Assembly: GCA_010405405.1 (NCBI GenBank)
Contig: MU004231.1
Location: 1,104,153 to 1,168,152, forward strand
From: Microthyrium microscopicum
Lineage: Eukaryota
Length of the DNA stretch: 64,000 nt
Reading direction: 5' to 3'
Shown here one piece after another: positions 25,206 through 36,312 of the stretch (position 1 is its first letter; each line of letters begins with the position of its first letter). The notes beneath the pieces were generated by a model. That model saw only the letters and a list, made by a program, of their open reading frames with translations. It ran no database searches and had not been told where the DNA came from. The position numbers were made by a program, and so were the translations under genes.

Positions 25206-25744
25206 ACACAAAGGTAATGCAGGTGTGGCGCTGGAGTCCTTGGACTTGCTTCGAGAGTGCTGAGGACGAAATTGTGGACCTTAACGCCCTAGGGAAGTGA
25301 TATGTGTGCGAGAGCGCTTCGGTCTTGCTCTTATCTTAACTAGGATCGTGCAATTGGTATACTTCATGGCGGTAATGGCACGTAATGCACGCTTGGTTGC
25401 ATGTCCAAGTGTTAGACTACCGTGGCAAATATCCAGCACCACTTCTTCTTCCCGCGATATCCTGCTTTTTAGCCGTATGGATTCGTCAAGGAGACGGCCA
25501 TTCCGAATCATGATTAATAACGATATCGTTGATTTCTCATGAACATGCAAGTCTCACTGTAAGAAGGTTACCCGAAGGAAGTAGTTCAGTCATATGGGGC
25601 CATGTGACCTCCAGCCACACAGAGTCACGTGATCTCTAGTCATGTGATCCACGCCTACATCACGCAGGCGGAACACCTGCTTACATCTAGGCAGAGATTA
25701 GCTTTACCATCAATCTAGCCTACACTTCTATTACCATCATACTC

Positions 25745-25937
25745 ACAGTTGGGACATCTTGGGTTTAAGTTGGGCCATCGACGCCGGCTTCGATAGCAAA
25801 TTGTACGATTCAAAGGCTACCCACAGTTAAAGCCACTTCCTGCTACAGCGGCCGCTGACCCTCCTACTCGAACTGGCTGTTCGCTATGAGACAATCCAAT
25901 ACTGGCATGTGACCGACCAGCTTGTTAACTGAACCAC
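25745..25937 (+). pseudogene. Truncated second copy of the SAM-domain gene (homologous to 8931-9172)
   Basis: First 40 bp are identical to 8931-8970, then similarity continues with two deletions and a stop. Preceded by an LTR-like stretch at ~25558-25747. Confidence 0.8.
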
Positions 25938-26382
25938 TTGATCGACCTATTGCTTCATTTCCATGTCATCGAATCAGGGGATGGTGCCCTAGACCTTTCA
26001 AATCGGATATTTCTCGCCTTCCGAAAGAAATTCAGTTTCCTTTTTACGGCACAAACGCAGCTGCTCTCCACGCTCGCGATGACCTCATTTCCGTCCTGCT
26101 CACGGTCTTGCCTACCAAAGAAAGACTTAAGGTGGCGTCTGAGTGGCAATTCTATGGGTTTCATTTCTTAAGAGGGTTGTTTTAAAACGTGAGTCTGATC
26201 AACAGGTGGGGACAACAGAGACAACGAAGGTGCGTCGAAGAAGCATTCGAGATTTCTGGCCATCATCCACCTTAATTATACGCCAGCTTTCTTCTTGAGG
26301 AAAGGGGGTGGGAGGGGGGAGGGGGGGGGGGGTTCATTTTCAGGCCTTCTCTTCTCTTCAGTGTAACGTGACTACAGTAAGT

Positions 26383-27171
26383 CTACTCTAAATCCCGTAT
26401 CGTGAGGTCTCTGGTCGGTAGCATTTCAAACAATGCCGCAATCTCGTCATTTAGATTACAGCCGTTCCATGGAGGGACGATTCCGGCCAATTGATTTTGA
26501 AGTATCGCCGTAATGCCGCCATCCAGCGCATACTCGCTATTCTCTTTGTCCTTGATCTCTGCTTCGACCTGCCCGAGCAAGTCTCTCAGTTGCGGTATCC
26601 ACATAGAGTCCCTCAGAGCCTCTGCAAATGTGACAGCGTCTCTTATGAGCTTGCGCACGCCTTCGAGGCTAGTTCGGAGGCGATGAACAGCAGTACGCCG
26701 AAGAAGATGCACTGGAGCAAGTATATCTTGCGACAATGGTCCTTCAACAGCAAATGCTTTGCATGGCAACCATTCCGAATGCTTAAGTATAACTCGTGTC
26801 CATTTTGTCAGCTCCACTGCTTCAGCACAGTTCCATCCAGCAGCTTCAAGCTCATACGGAAACCATTTTCGTGCAAATTCATAGCAGCACTTCTCAAGAA
26901 TGTTCTGAGTGGTTACGAGGAGTGTGTGCTGGACTGGGTATGGGATGTCGAACGCAATCAGCGAAGGCGTCAACGACCGTTCTAGATATGCGTCCACCAC
27001 TTCTGGATCTCGTGGCTGGAATAGCTTTGGAAAGTTGGTGTTTGCTTTTTCTTCAATTTCTTCCGTGCTCTTTCTCGCTCCATCCCCTCTTTGAAGGTAA
27101 AAACTCGCGTTTGATGGGTGGACCGAAGAAGAATAGTACGGACTCGGATGTCGGCATACGTCTACTCTCAC
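26383..27171 (-). CDS. Hypothetical helical protein with an Rx4H (HEPN-like) motif; 5' end uncertain
   Basis: QNILEKCCYEFARKW..GWNCAEAVELTKW..LRRTAVHR in a 262-codon ORF. Confidence 0.55.
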   Translation of the reverse strand: MRVDVCRHPSPYYSSSVHPSNASFYLQRGDGARKSTEEIEEKANTNFPKLFQPRDPEVVDAYLERSLTPSLIAFDIPYPVQHTLLVTTQNILEKCCYEFARKWFPYELEAAGWNCAEAVELTKWTRVILKHSEWLPCKAFAVEGPLSQDILAPVHLLRRTAVHRLRTSLEGVRKLIRDAVTFAEALRDSMWIPQLRDLLGQVEAEIKDKENSEYALDGGITAILQNQLAGIVPPWNGCNLNDEIAALFEMLPTRDLTIRDLE

Positions 27172-27630
27172 TCTTTTGATCCAACTCCATCATCAAACAG
27201 GTCTGCATGTAGGTAATTGGCGTGGTTTGGTATATTAATGGATCGGTTTGTTTGCACACAGGAGCTACAGGACAGCCAAAGGATGTCTTCCTAGCATAGC
27301 TACAATTTGCAAGAACATGCCTCCCAATGACTCTCATGGACCGAAATCAGGCACTGTATGTGTCCTGCCGGATGATTGTGCTTGAAATGCCAAAACGTTT
27401 GCCGGAAGGGGGGACCAAAACCGGGATCCTGTTGCTGGAGGGTACCAATATCGGGCGCCCAAAGGGTCCAAAACCAGGCCCACGCTTGAGCAAGCAATCA
27501 TTCGCCCATTCGCGCAAGTCTTTTGGTCACTGCCAACACAGATGCTTTGCAAATTCAAAGTTTTCACAATTGATAATTATCAATGCAGTAATTTAGATTT
27601 TGGTCTAAGTAATATGTGCTATCTATCGGT

Positions 27631-28500
27631 TCAGAGCGGATTCGATCTATACGCCGAACGATTCTGGTAATGTGGAACTGCAGATTTCTGCGGATCTTGC
27701 TGCGGCAAGGGATTTGGCGTAGTACTCTGAATTAAACCAGCCAGGATATCGATGTCAGAGCATGTGGTGTAATACTCATCCTTACCTTCAAGTGCGCCAA
27801 GTGTTCCTGGCGCTGTTGGCCATTGCCACACCCAATACACCGTGTATGTAGAGTTGATTGACACATCAGAGGGTATAGCAACATCCGTTTCACACCATTG
27901 CTCATGGACTGACCCAGGTTGGCCCTCAACAGGGTCAGGAAATTCTTGCTGCCGGGTAAGAGAGATGTTTCCGGCGTTGATCTGGTAACATCGGCCATCA
28001 TCAAAATTCTGCGCAGCTATGAGCTTTCCGCGTCTATCTCCTCCTGTACCATCAGTCGTCCATTCAAGAACGTCCACTAGCAGTTCATTCTCAATTGGTT
28101 GCGATGTGCCAAACACAAATATAGTTCCACCGCCGAGTGGTTTCCCGGGCGTGTTTTGTGGCAAAGTGACATGGCCATTCTCCAGGTATTTCATTGCCAC
28201 ATGTGCGCCTGGCCAGGCTGAGAGGCGTGGAAAGCTCTGAGTTTGGTTTGATGTTCTCTGTGTTGGCGCACAAAGGAAGTCAGAATCATTTACTCTCGTC
28301 CTGCTTGTATCTTTTGGGGGTGGTAGCTGGTATGTCATCATATCATCATAAAATCCTGGTATTGTCCGGGAAACATATCCACGAGGGTAGCCATTGCTGC
28401 CAACAAAATTTCCACTTTCGATCACAGAAAGCTGCTCGTTCCAAGTGTGAGCAAGAGCCGTGCTGAAGAGAACAGTGGTGAGTAAAGGTAGCAGATACAT
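27631..28500 (-). CDS. Secreted LPMO-like protein with His at the predicted mature N-terminus
   Basis: Signal peptide MYLLPLLTTVLFSTALA followed by HTWNEQ; second His in ENGHV; C-terminal YTVYWVWQW..EYYTTCSDI resembles the LPMO terminal strands. Confidence 0.7.
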   Translation of the reverse strand: MYLLPLLTTVLFSTALAHTWNEQLSVIESGNFVGSNGYPRGYVSRTIPGFYDDMMTYQLPPPKDTSRTRVNDSDFLCAPTQRTSNQTQSFPRLSAWPGAHVAMKYLENGHVTLPQNTPGKPLGGGTIFVFGTSQPIENELLVDVLEWTTDGTGGDRRGKLIAAQNFDDGRCYQINAGNISLTRQQEFPDPVEGQPGSVHEQWCETDVAIPSDVSINSTYTVYWVWQWPTAPGTLGALEGKDEYYTTCSDIDILAGLIQSTTPNPLPQQDPQKSAVPHYQNRSAYRSNPL

Positions 28501-28766
28501 GGTCAATATGATGTCAGTAAGTAAGAATGTGAATTAAACGCAAGCTTCATGATCTTACCGAGCACGATGGGTATATATTCGAATGCATGGGCCCAAAATC
28601 GGGACCTTTGAGGAACCTGCTATCAGTTCACCGCATAGGGTCCCGGTTTTGGACCCTCCTCCCAGAACAATAAATTCGAGAAGCTGGGAAGCTATCTCTC
28701 ACCTGGATTTCAGCAATAAACCTTTTCTAAAATTTGAAACAACCATAACATAACGCAATCTTCACA

Positions 28767-29825
28767 ATGCTGCTTCGTATCTTCGCGGCCATCTCTCTTT
28801 CTTTCGCAACTTTTGCCAGATGCGCCCCGTTTCCAGACATAGGGATCGCAGGCGGCGGACCTCCAAATAGTCCTGTACCAGTCGAAATTTCTGTCAGCGG
28901 GGCAAAAGATGTCCAACTGACTCAATTTCTTGAGAATCTTGAAGTCTCATTCTTTTCTGCTGCTTCCACAAACCTCTCAACCTGGGACACTGCAGGGTAT
29001 TCCAACAGTTCTATAGATACCGTGAATAGGATTACTGCTGTAAGTTGACATTCCTGCGGAACGCGGATCATGGCTAAGTCTTAGCAGCAAGAAGAAGTCC
29101 ACCTAGAAACACTGACAGCCATTCTTAATACCTACAACGTGCCCTTGATTCCACCTTGCAATTACTCGTTTCCGGTCTCTTCGGCGAAGGAGTTCTTCGA
29201 GGTAGCCGACCTTATTGGCTCGGTCGGTATCTCCGCGACCATTGGATTGTCTCAACGTCTTGCGCTTTCGGATCCTTCAGTTGCGAGATTGATTTCTTCG
29301 ATCCTTTCAGTTGAATCCCGCCATGATGCTTTTTTCCGCGATGTTCAAGAGAGAGAGCCAAATCCATCTCCTTTCGATACGGGCATTAGTGCTATCTGGG
29401 CATACAACATCGCTTTGTCCTTCATCATTCCGGGGTCATGTCCAGTTCAGATCCCACTCCCAGTTCTTCCAGAACTTACAGTGGCTCAGGGAACAATGGA
29501 CCCGTCGACAGTCGCTCCATTTGCAAATGGTACGAATAGCGCCAATAGTACAAGCGGAGACATATTGAAAGAATTTACTTGGGATCCGACCCAAGTACCT
29601 TTCGTTGTTCAAGGTGATAAACAGCTTCTGGCTGGCTGGGTGAACCAAGCCAATAAGCCTGTGTACACGCCATTGACAAATACATCGGAGGGAAAGGGTA
29701 CAGCTAGGATGCCACAAGGACTGAGCGGTATTACATTCGTGGCTATAACTACCGAGAAGTTCATGGACGTTGATGATCTTGCTCAAAGCACCATAGCCGG
29801 TCCAGCTGTAGTAGTAGTATCCTAA
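28767..29825 (+). CDS. Secreted ferritin-like (Ferritin_2/Rds1-like) protein; 2 exons
   Basis: Signal peptide, LENLE..F, QEEVH and VESRHDAFF carboxylate/His motifs; intron ~29040-29084/7. Confidence 0.75.
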
Positions 29826-30064
29826 GGAGGTAGTAATATCAATTGAGGAAGTTCGGGTTTTTAGAATTATCAATACTGAATCGAAATTGGGAAATCGAAC
29901 CTAACGTCGTGAATGTTGTCTGTGACGAGGACTTCTGGTAACTTAGGTTACGGCTCTCTGCCCCTCTCCAAATCTCTTGAAATGTCGGGTATGTCCGCGA
30001 GATAAGTGATCAAGTTAGAGCTTCGAGTCGCGCTCTGCGTATACTAACTCCACATCTATTGGAA

Positions 30065-33000
30065 GGGGGATTCTAAACGACCCCTTCTTCTAGCTAATCT
30101 CCCCCTAACTTCCAGCTATTCTCCCCCTAGTAGATCTGAAGCCAAAGGATGTCGGGTTAGGGCTTGGTAGTAGCGTTTACTTTAGCTATATTTAGTTTAG
30201 TTCCATAATAATTTCGTCATATTACATTACTAGCGTTAAGTTTCGCGTAATCTACCCCTTAAGTCCTTTAAATCTTCTAAGTCTTTAATATTCACTAAAA
30301 TAACTCTCTACTAACACATAAATTCTACCACATAAATTCTATAATACTACTACATTTACACCAAATAATGGCTCTACTACCAGACCTACTAGATAATACG
30401 TACGTAATAGCTAAAGAAGCAATTTTTATAATTAATAATTATGGCATTTTGCATAGTTACACCATCATTACTAAGCGCTCAAAGCCTAACCCTAAAGACG
30501 TAATTAAATATATCTACTACCTTACCTACGATCATAGCTACTTTAATATCTTAACATCTACTAGCGCGCAGAATTCCTTAACTAAACGCGTTAGTTATCT
30601 ATAGAAATTAAAGCTTAAAAAGGATAATACTACTAAGCGATAGCATATATATTTTAAAGATAAAGATTATAACTATTCTAGCTCTTAACATGTTACTATA
30701 CATCCTATTTATTACCATTAAGAGATAAAGGATAAGAATATTACTTAACAAGCTTAAGATATATTATTTAGTAGCATTACTATTTAACGTATTATAGGCA
30801 CCCTCGCCGTAAAGGATCTAGCCAATAATTTAGTCTCAAAAGATATTATTAACTCACTTCAAAAGGAATAATTACTACGTCTAAATAGTTATACTCTTCT
30901 TTAAGCTATATTAGACTCCTTTCTCGCCAATCCTAATACCTAGAATGTTAAGGTTCTTACGAATAATGATAATAATCTTAAAATACTATTCTTTACCACT
31001 ACGAAGTAGATTATAATATTTTAATTATATCTAGACATCTTACTTTTAGACTATACTTACTATACTAATCATTATAATATGCTATTACTTTATATTGCTA
31101 GCAAGATACCAATAAATTACTACTTCTCTATAACGTTTATATTTATAATTAATAAGAAGTAATAGCAGTATTCTAACGCTTTAAAAACCTTTAACGATTA
31201 TATTCAATTTAATAACTTAAAGATGCTAAATATTATCATTATAAATAAATATATAGCATTAAAGAACGTTATTAGCGAGCGTTTCCTAGATGTCCCTTAG
31301 ATTCTTTGCCTCTTTTACGTTAATAAGGCTATTAAATTCTATATTAAGGCAATATTTAGTATTATTAATATACCCTCTAGATCTAAAGCATTTAATAATG
31401 TAGACAAATAGTAAAAGCTTACTATGTTAATGTAGCAGAATGTCGTTAAAGCTACTACTATTAAAAACCACGAGATTATATAGACTATACTTACAAAATA
31501 GTTCAAAGAACATAAGGATTTTATATCCTATCTTCGTAATAATTAGCTTAACTATAAAGAAGAACTTTATAAGGCCTTCATTAAGCGTACTTACTACTTT
31601 ACTACTATCTTATAATTACCTTTAGAAGGTCTTTACAACTTTATTAAATAATGGCTTAGTTCTTTAAAGCTAGATCTTAATTAAGTAGTAGCATATTATA
31701 AGAACGCTACCTATACCTTTCTTAATTATATCCACAAAGCTATTAGTTTAGATTCAATTTAAGTATAATCAAATACTAGCACTTTATTAGTTCTAATCCT
31801 CCCTTTACGACTTTATAAAGCTATTGCTAATTATGCTATTCTAAAGATTATAAAGCAATTCTACAAAGTAAAAGATATAATACTAAATACTCTACGCTAT
31901 ACTAGCTTCTTTAAAGCTATTTATGGATTACCTTGTTCTTATACTATTTAAGCGCAATTAGCGTTCATACTATAGTAGATAGTAGGTAGAGAAGACATTA
32001 ATTTATATTAGTATTATGAACGACCTCTTAATAACGCTTATAATAGCGCGTAGCCAATTACTAGCTTCCTTCTAGTACTTACACTACTAGTTTAAGCTTA
32101 AATTCTTCCTTCTATGGTTATTTATAGTAGTAGACGTTCTTAAGCTAATATTAATATAACTTTAACTCGTTAAGATCCCTTATATTAGGAGATTTTTCCT
32201 ACTTTAGTAGCTTTAACTATACTAGCATCTTTAATAGGTCCTCTAAAACGTAAATAAGGACGTCCTTATAAGAATACGACTTTAGTAATATTAAATACTA
32301 CAAATTTAGCTATGGTATCTTTATTAGCGCTTATAATAATTAAGGAGGGAGATAACAAGGATTTTAAGGACATTAACGCAATTTTTAAAGCTCTACTAGA
32401 TCCTATTTAGACTATTAACTTAGCTAAAGATACTAATCAGGCTAAAGACACTAATTAAGCTAAAGCTCTATAGCGTAAGAAGCGTGTTATTAAACCTTTA
32501 GCGCGCGTCTATAAGAATATTACGGCTAATAAAGATCTCAAGATAGCAGAATTACGCCGCTAAATTATAGCTCTTTAGGCCGCTTTAGCTTAACTAATAC
32601 TATAACGTAGAGGGCGCAAAGGGCGTAGATCTTATAGAGGATGAGGAGGATGAGCTCGTGGCAAGTAATTGTAGTATTATTATACCAAAACAGGGGTTAG
32701 GATAGAATGCGGGATACTTAATTTATTACTATACTAAAAATAGGGTCAAGATATATTACGAAATAATTGTTTTATGCTTCAAAAATGATAAAGAGATGTT
32801 ATATAGTTGGGATTCTATAGATCTTATAGTTTCACGCCTAAAATTGTAGAATTCTTAGGATTATAGCTTCATAGCTGCTAGCGTAGTTTTAGTGCTTTAG
32901 TTAATAAAATATTAGATCTTTAGACACCAAAATTATGCTCTAGTACCACTATAATACTATGAATTTATTACGGACTTCCTATTTAGGAATAGCTCCTTCG

Positions 33001-33078
33001 GCTTTGGATCTACTAGGGGGAGAATAGCTGGAAGTTAGGGGGAGATTAGCTGGAAGAAGGGGTCGTTTAGAATCCCCC
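30065..33078 (+). mobile_element. Mutator-like (MULE) DNA transposon, RIP-degraded
   Basis: ~85-bp TIRs (gggggattctaaacgacccc...), 9-bp TSD CTATTGGAA at 30056-30064 and 33079-33087, 3.0 kb AT-rich interior with a ruined ORF. Confidence 0.9.
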
Positions 33079-34054
33079 CTATTGGAACCTTTTCATCACA
33101 CCATCGCCCAATGACTTCCTCCGCACGATCCATTTGGCGGGCAGGCCAGTTAACAAGGCCTAACACTTCGTGTTCGCAATTCCGCTGCATGTACTTGAGA
33201 GTCTTGACTCCTCTACTTCCCAATAACTGATTTAGTGTACAAAAGGTATCAGGGCCTATTCTGTACACTAGCCGTTTATTGTGCCTGTGGCGCTTGCCTA
33301 ACGATCTGCCATGTTTGGTTCGATTCGGTTGAATTCGCAAGTTCGGACGTTTCGGTTGAGAATGGTGAGGTTGTGCGGGCTTGGCGCTCGTCTTTGATGT
33401 CTTGTGTTTGGTCATAGAGGCTCGTTGAAGTGTGCGGCGAGAAAGATGTGCCCACACTAGCACAAGGATAGTCTAGCGTTCAACCAAGCCTGGCAAGGAT
33501 GTGGATCCTTAAACTGGATGTGCACCCAGAGAGAAGCAGAAACTGAATTCGCAAGCATACAGTATCTTGCTGTTACTCCCGTGTTTAGAAGTGAGACCAG
33601 TTCTTCACCAAACTAGTATCTGGAGCCCGGAGGTTTGCAATGAGCATGGACTTACTGCCATGTAGAGACTCAACTTGCTTCAATCCTTGCGGGTAAAGAG
33701 CAAGCAGTTGCACGCAACCTCGTGCCCCCGTCGCAAACGATACGGCAAACGATTCACGAAGAAGGGATGAACTTTGGGCAAGACGCAAATGGATGGGTGA
33801 TGTTTTTCATTCAAAGGATCGCTGCTGACCAACATTACTAAATATGGAACCTCCATCAATCCGTTCTCAACAAGCTTGAGACTTCAATGCGCTGCACTCT
33901 GGGCGTGCGGTGTTCAAAGTCTGAATAAGTTAACTGATGTTTCTTGCAGTGATCGAGTGGAGCTTACATAGCCGTGCCTATATAGGGAGCTGTCAGGGCC
34001 CCGTCAGGCCTATATATTTTGGTCATGGTCTTGTCAGAGGCCCGTGCACGGTCG

Positions 34055-34500
34055 AATATTCTGATTGGTTGAGAGTGCACGGACCACCTGCTTTATTATT
34101 TTCTTATTATTCTCTTATTTTTAGGGCTAGATATCTAGGGCGAGCAATAACAAGGATATATATAGAAAGTTGGCAATGTATTTTTAGAATTAATCCTTGC
34201 TTTAAGTCCGTATTTATGCACGTAATTCATACACATATGACGTAATGATCTAGCCCCTTTAAGCGTAATCAACTCAGTAAAGTAAAAGCCTCCTATTCAA
34301 TTCTCGCAATAAGCAAAAAAATAAGTTAATTAAAATAAGTCGAAATAAGCAAAAACTATAAGTAAAAAGCTAGCCAATAATGGCTAGCTTTTTTTTATCT
34401 CTTTTTTGCCTGCTGACTAAGCAGGTGTTGCTCCTAAGGGGCCAATAAGAATATTCCTAAGGAACAAGGGCTCCCGCGATTAACCAATAAGAATATTCTA
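34055..34500. mobile_element. AT-rich relic with imperfect inverted ends (possible degraded non-autonomous element)
   Basis: gaatattctgattgg...cacctgctt (34055-34094) is mirrored by aagcaggtg...ccaataagaatattc (34419-34457, repeated at ~34484). The interior is AT-rich. Confidence 0.35.
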
Positions 34501-34620
34501 TCGCCAACATCTTGTCATGGCTTCGTTAGGGTGACAGATTCTGTCATCCTGATATCATGGAACCTTAGATTGTCAGACAATTAAATCTGTCATCCTGATT
34601 TCACCATGATATGGACCTGA

Positions 34621-35217
34621 CTACTCCTCACCAAGGCCCGGCCATGTACTATCAATAAATTTATTATATTCTTCTGAGTGCGGCATGACCTCCAATTGGA
34701 AAATACGAAGTATCTCTCGTACCACAGGGGGCCATGGCTGCACTTCTCCAGCAGCTTCTATTCTGCTCGTCAAGAAGTCGAATACTTCATTAGACATGCC
34801 GTCCGACTTCCAATCCGTAATTGGCAACGCTGCGGCCCAGGAAATGACGCTATCTGGGCGTAAGCTTCGGATTCGGGCACAGCGCAGAGTTGTTTGCTTC
34901 ATCCTCGTTCGATTACGTGCATTGTCTAGAGCAGATGCGGTCGGGCCTTGAAAGATCAAAGACAGGTTTTTCTTCAACGTGCTCATCTTGCGTATCGTCT
35001 TTTCCGCGATTATCGTTGCCCTTGTTGACTCCACTCTCGACAGATGCCGTTTTCCATCGATTTGATGTCTGATCTTGGTTGCGGCTTTTTTGAACTTTTT
35101 GTGATCAACAGAGAGACCAATGAGCAAGGCATCATCTGCCTGGCCCATATGGACTGCAAGATGTTCCGTTTCGCTAGCAAGGTTGTGTAATCGCGATAAT
35201 GCCTCTGAAGATGCCAT
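34621..35217 (-). CDS. Hypothetical basic protein (3' end may be spliced)
   Basis: Long ORF. The likely ATG is 35217 (MASSEALSRL), because the upstream part of the track ORF overlaps the conserved promoter cassette. Confidence 0.45.
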   Translation of the reverse strand: MASSEALSRLHNLASETEHLAVHMGQADDALLIGLSVDHKKFKKAATKIRHQIDGKRHLSRVESTRATIIAEKTIRKMSTLKKNLSLIFQGPTASALDNARNRTRMKQTTLRCARIRSLRPDSVISWAAALPITDWKSDGMSNEVFDFLTSRIEAAGEVQPWPPVVREILRIFQLEVMPHSEEYNKFIDSTWPGLGEE

Positions 35218-35338
35218 TTTCGCTGTACGTCCGATATAAATGATTGGAGAATACGTGGATTGATGCTCTAGAAAAAAATCCAGGTCCCTTGGAGGTATCT
35301 CCATTTTATCCAACATAACTAGCAATGCTTGACCAGAA

Positions 35339-35485
35339 GGGGACTGAAAATGGGACCCAGCCTTGAGTGTTCTTATTGGCTCATACATAGCTGGTTCAAC
35401 TTACCCATGCAGCACCGCCACGACGGGCAAGGACCCCGACCAATCAACAAACCAATCGACCTCAGGGGCCCAGAAATGGTCCCCC
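35339..35485. promoter_or_regulatory. Conserved non-coding cassette, copy 1 (palindrome - ATTGG - CCATGCxGCACCGCCACG - CCAAT - palindrome)
   Basis: Colinear similarity to 42944-43124. Lies between the divergent genes starting at 35217 and 35789. Confidence 0.6.
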
Positions 35486-35788
35486 TCTCACCTCACCTTC
35501 TCACTTTCCCAAGTGGAGGAAACCCCGCGGAAACACGAAGATAATTCAGAGCAACATCGATCGCATACTGTCTCATAGCTGTTGCCGGTAGCTTTGGAGA
35601 GACTGTCGATCTTCAGGCATGGGAGCTAAGCCTGCTTGACCAAGTTTTGCATTGATCCAAAATTAGTACCCATGGAATCGAAAGTGAGAAGATTACAGCT
35701 CAGAGGAGCCTGATTTCTGTCTCTCTTGCTATAATCGAATTTAGTCCCCCCAAACCAACAATACAAAGATTCAAATTTTCGTCACAAA

Positions 35789-36241
35789 ATGAATTACCCT
35801 CAAACTGTTGGCTGGTTTCGGCAACCAAAAGAGCCTATCCTATACATCAATCAATACAGAAAATGGGATTATCGATTGGAATCATCTCCCAAACCAGATG
35901 GATATGAAGGCAAAAGACCAGAGAAAGAAAACCTCGTATCAAAGCGCCGACCACCGACTATCATATCGGCCCGATCCATTCATTCAATAATGGACGTCAT
36001 TTGGGTGGGCATGGATCGTATGGACTTGAAAAGTCTAGACCTCATCAATCCATCCATGCAAACACTGAAGAAAGACTGGCCTCTCGTGCTGGTATTGGTT
36101 AAATATAAAGATCAAAACGAAAAGAGACTGTCATGGGAAAGTATAGAAAAGCTTCAACTGATATTTTCCGCGAGACAAGAAGCGATGCTCGAATTGGCTT
36201 TCCGAGCGGCGGAAGAGCAAATGTGGCATTTGAATGAATGA
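35789..36241 (+). CDS. Hypothetical chromo-like protein, paralog of 6748-7887
   Basis: GW..LYINQY..YRLE, IHSIMDVIWVG, LDLINP, LVLVKY..SWE..LQ and FRAAEEQ align with the 6748 protein. Confidence 0.65.
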   Translation: MNYPQTVGWFRQPKEPILYINQYRKWDYRLESSPKPDGYEGKRPEKENLVSKRRPPTIISARSIHSIMDVIWVGMDRMDLKSLDLINPSMQTLKKDWPLVLVLVKYKDQNEKRLSWESIEKLQLIFSARQEAMLELAFRAAEEQMWHLNE

Positions 36242-36312
36242 GTCGAGATGAGTTGATCCGAACATACATAGAGCAATCAAAGTTTGATTTCGAGCTACAA
36301 AAGGGTCTCGAT

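Noticed and set aside
26303..26333. G-rich run with G-quadruplex potential
   Set aside because: A single homopolymeric tract with no supporting context; such runs are also error-prone in assemblies.
30368..31625. Short ORFs inside the MULE
   Set aside because: They are remnants of the RIP-destroyed transposase region.
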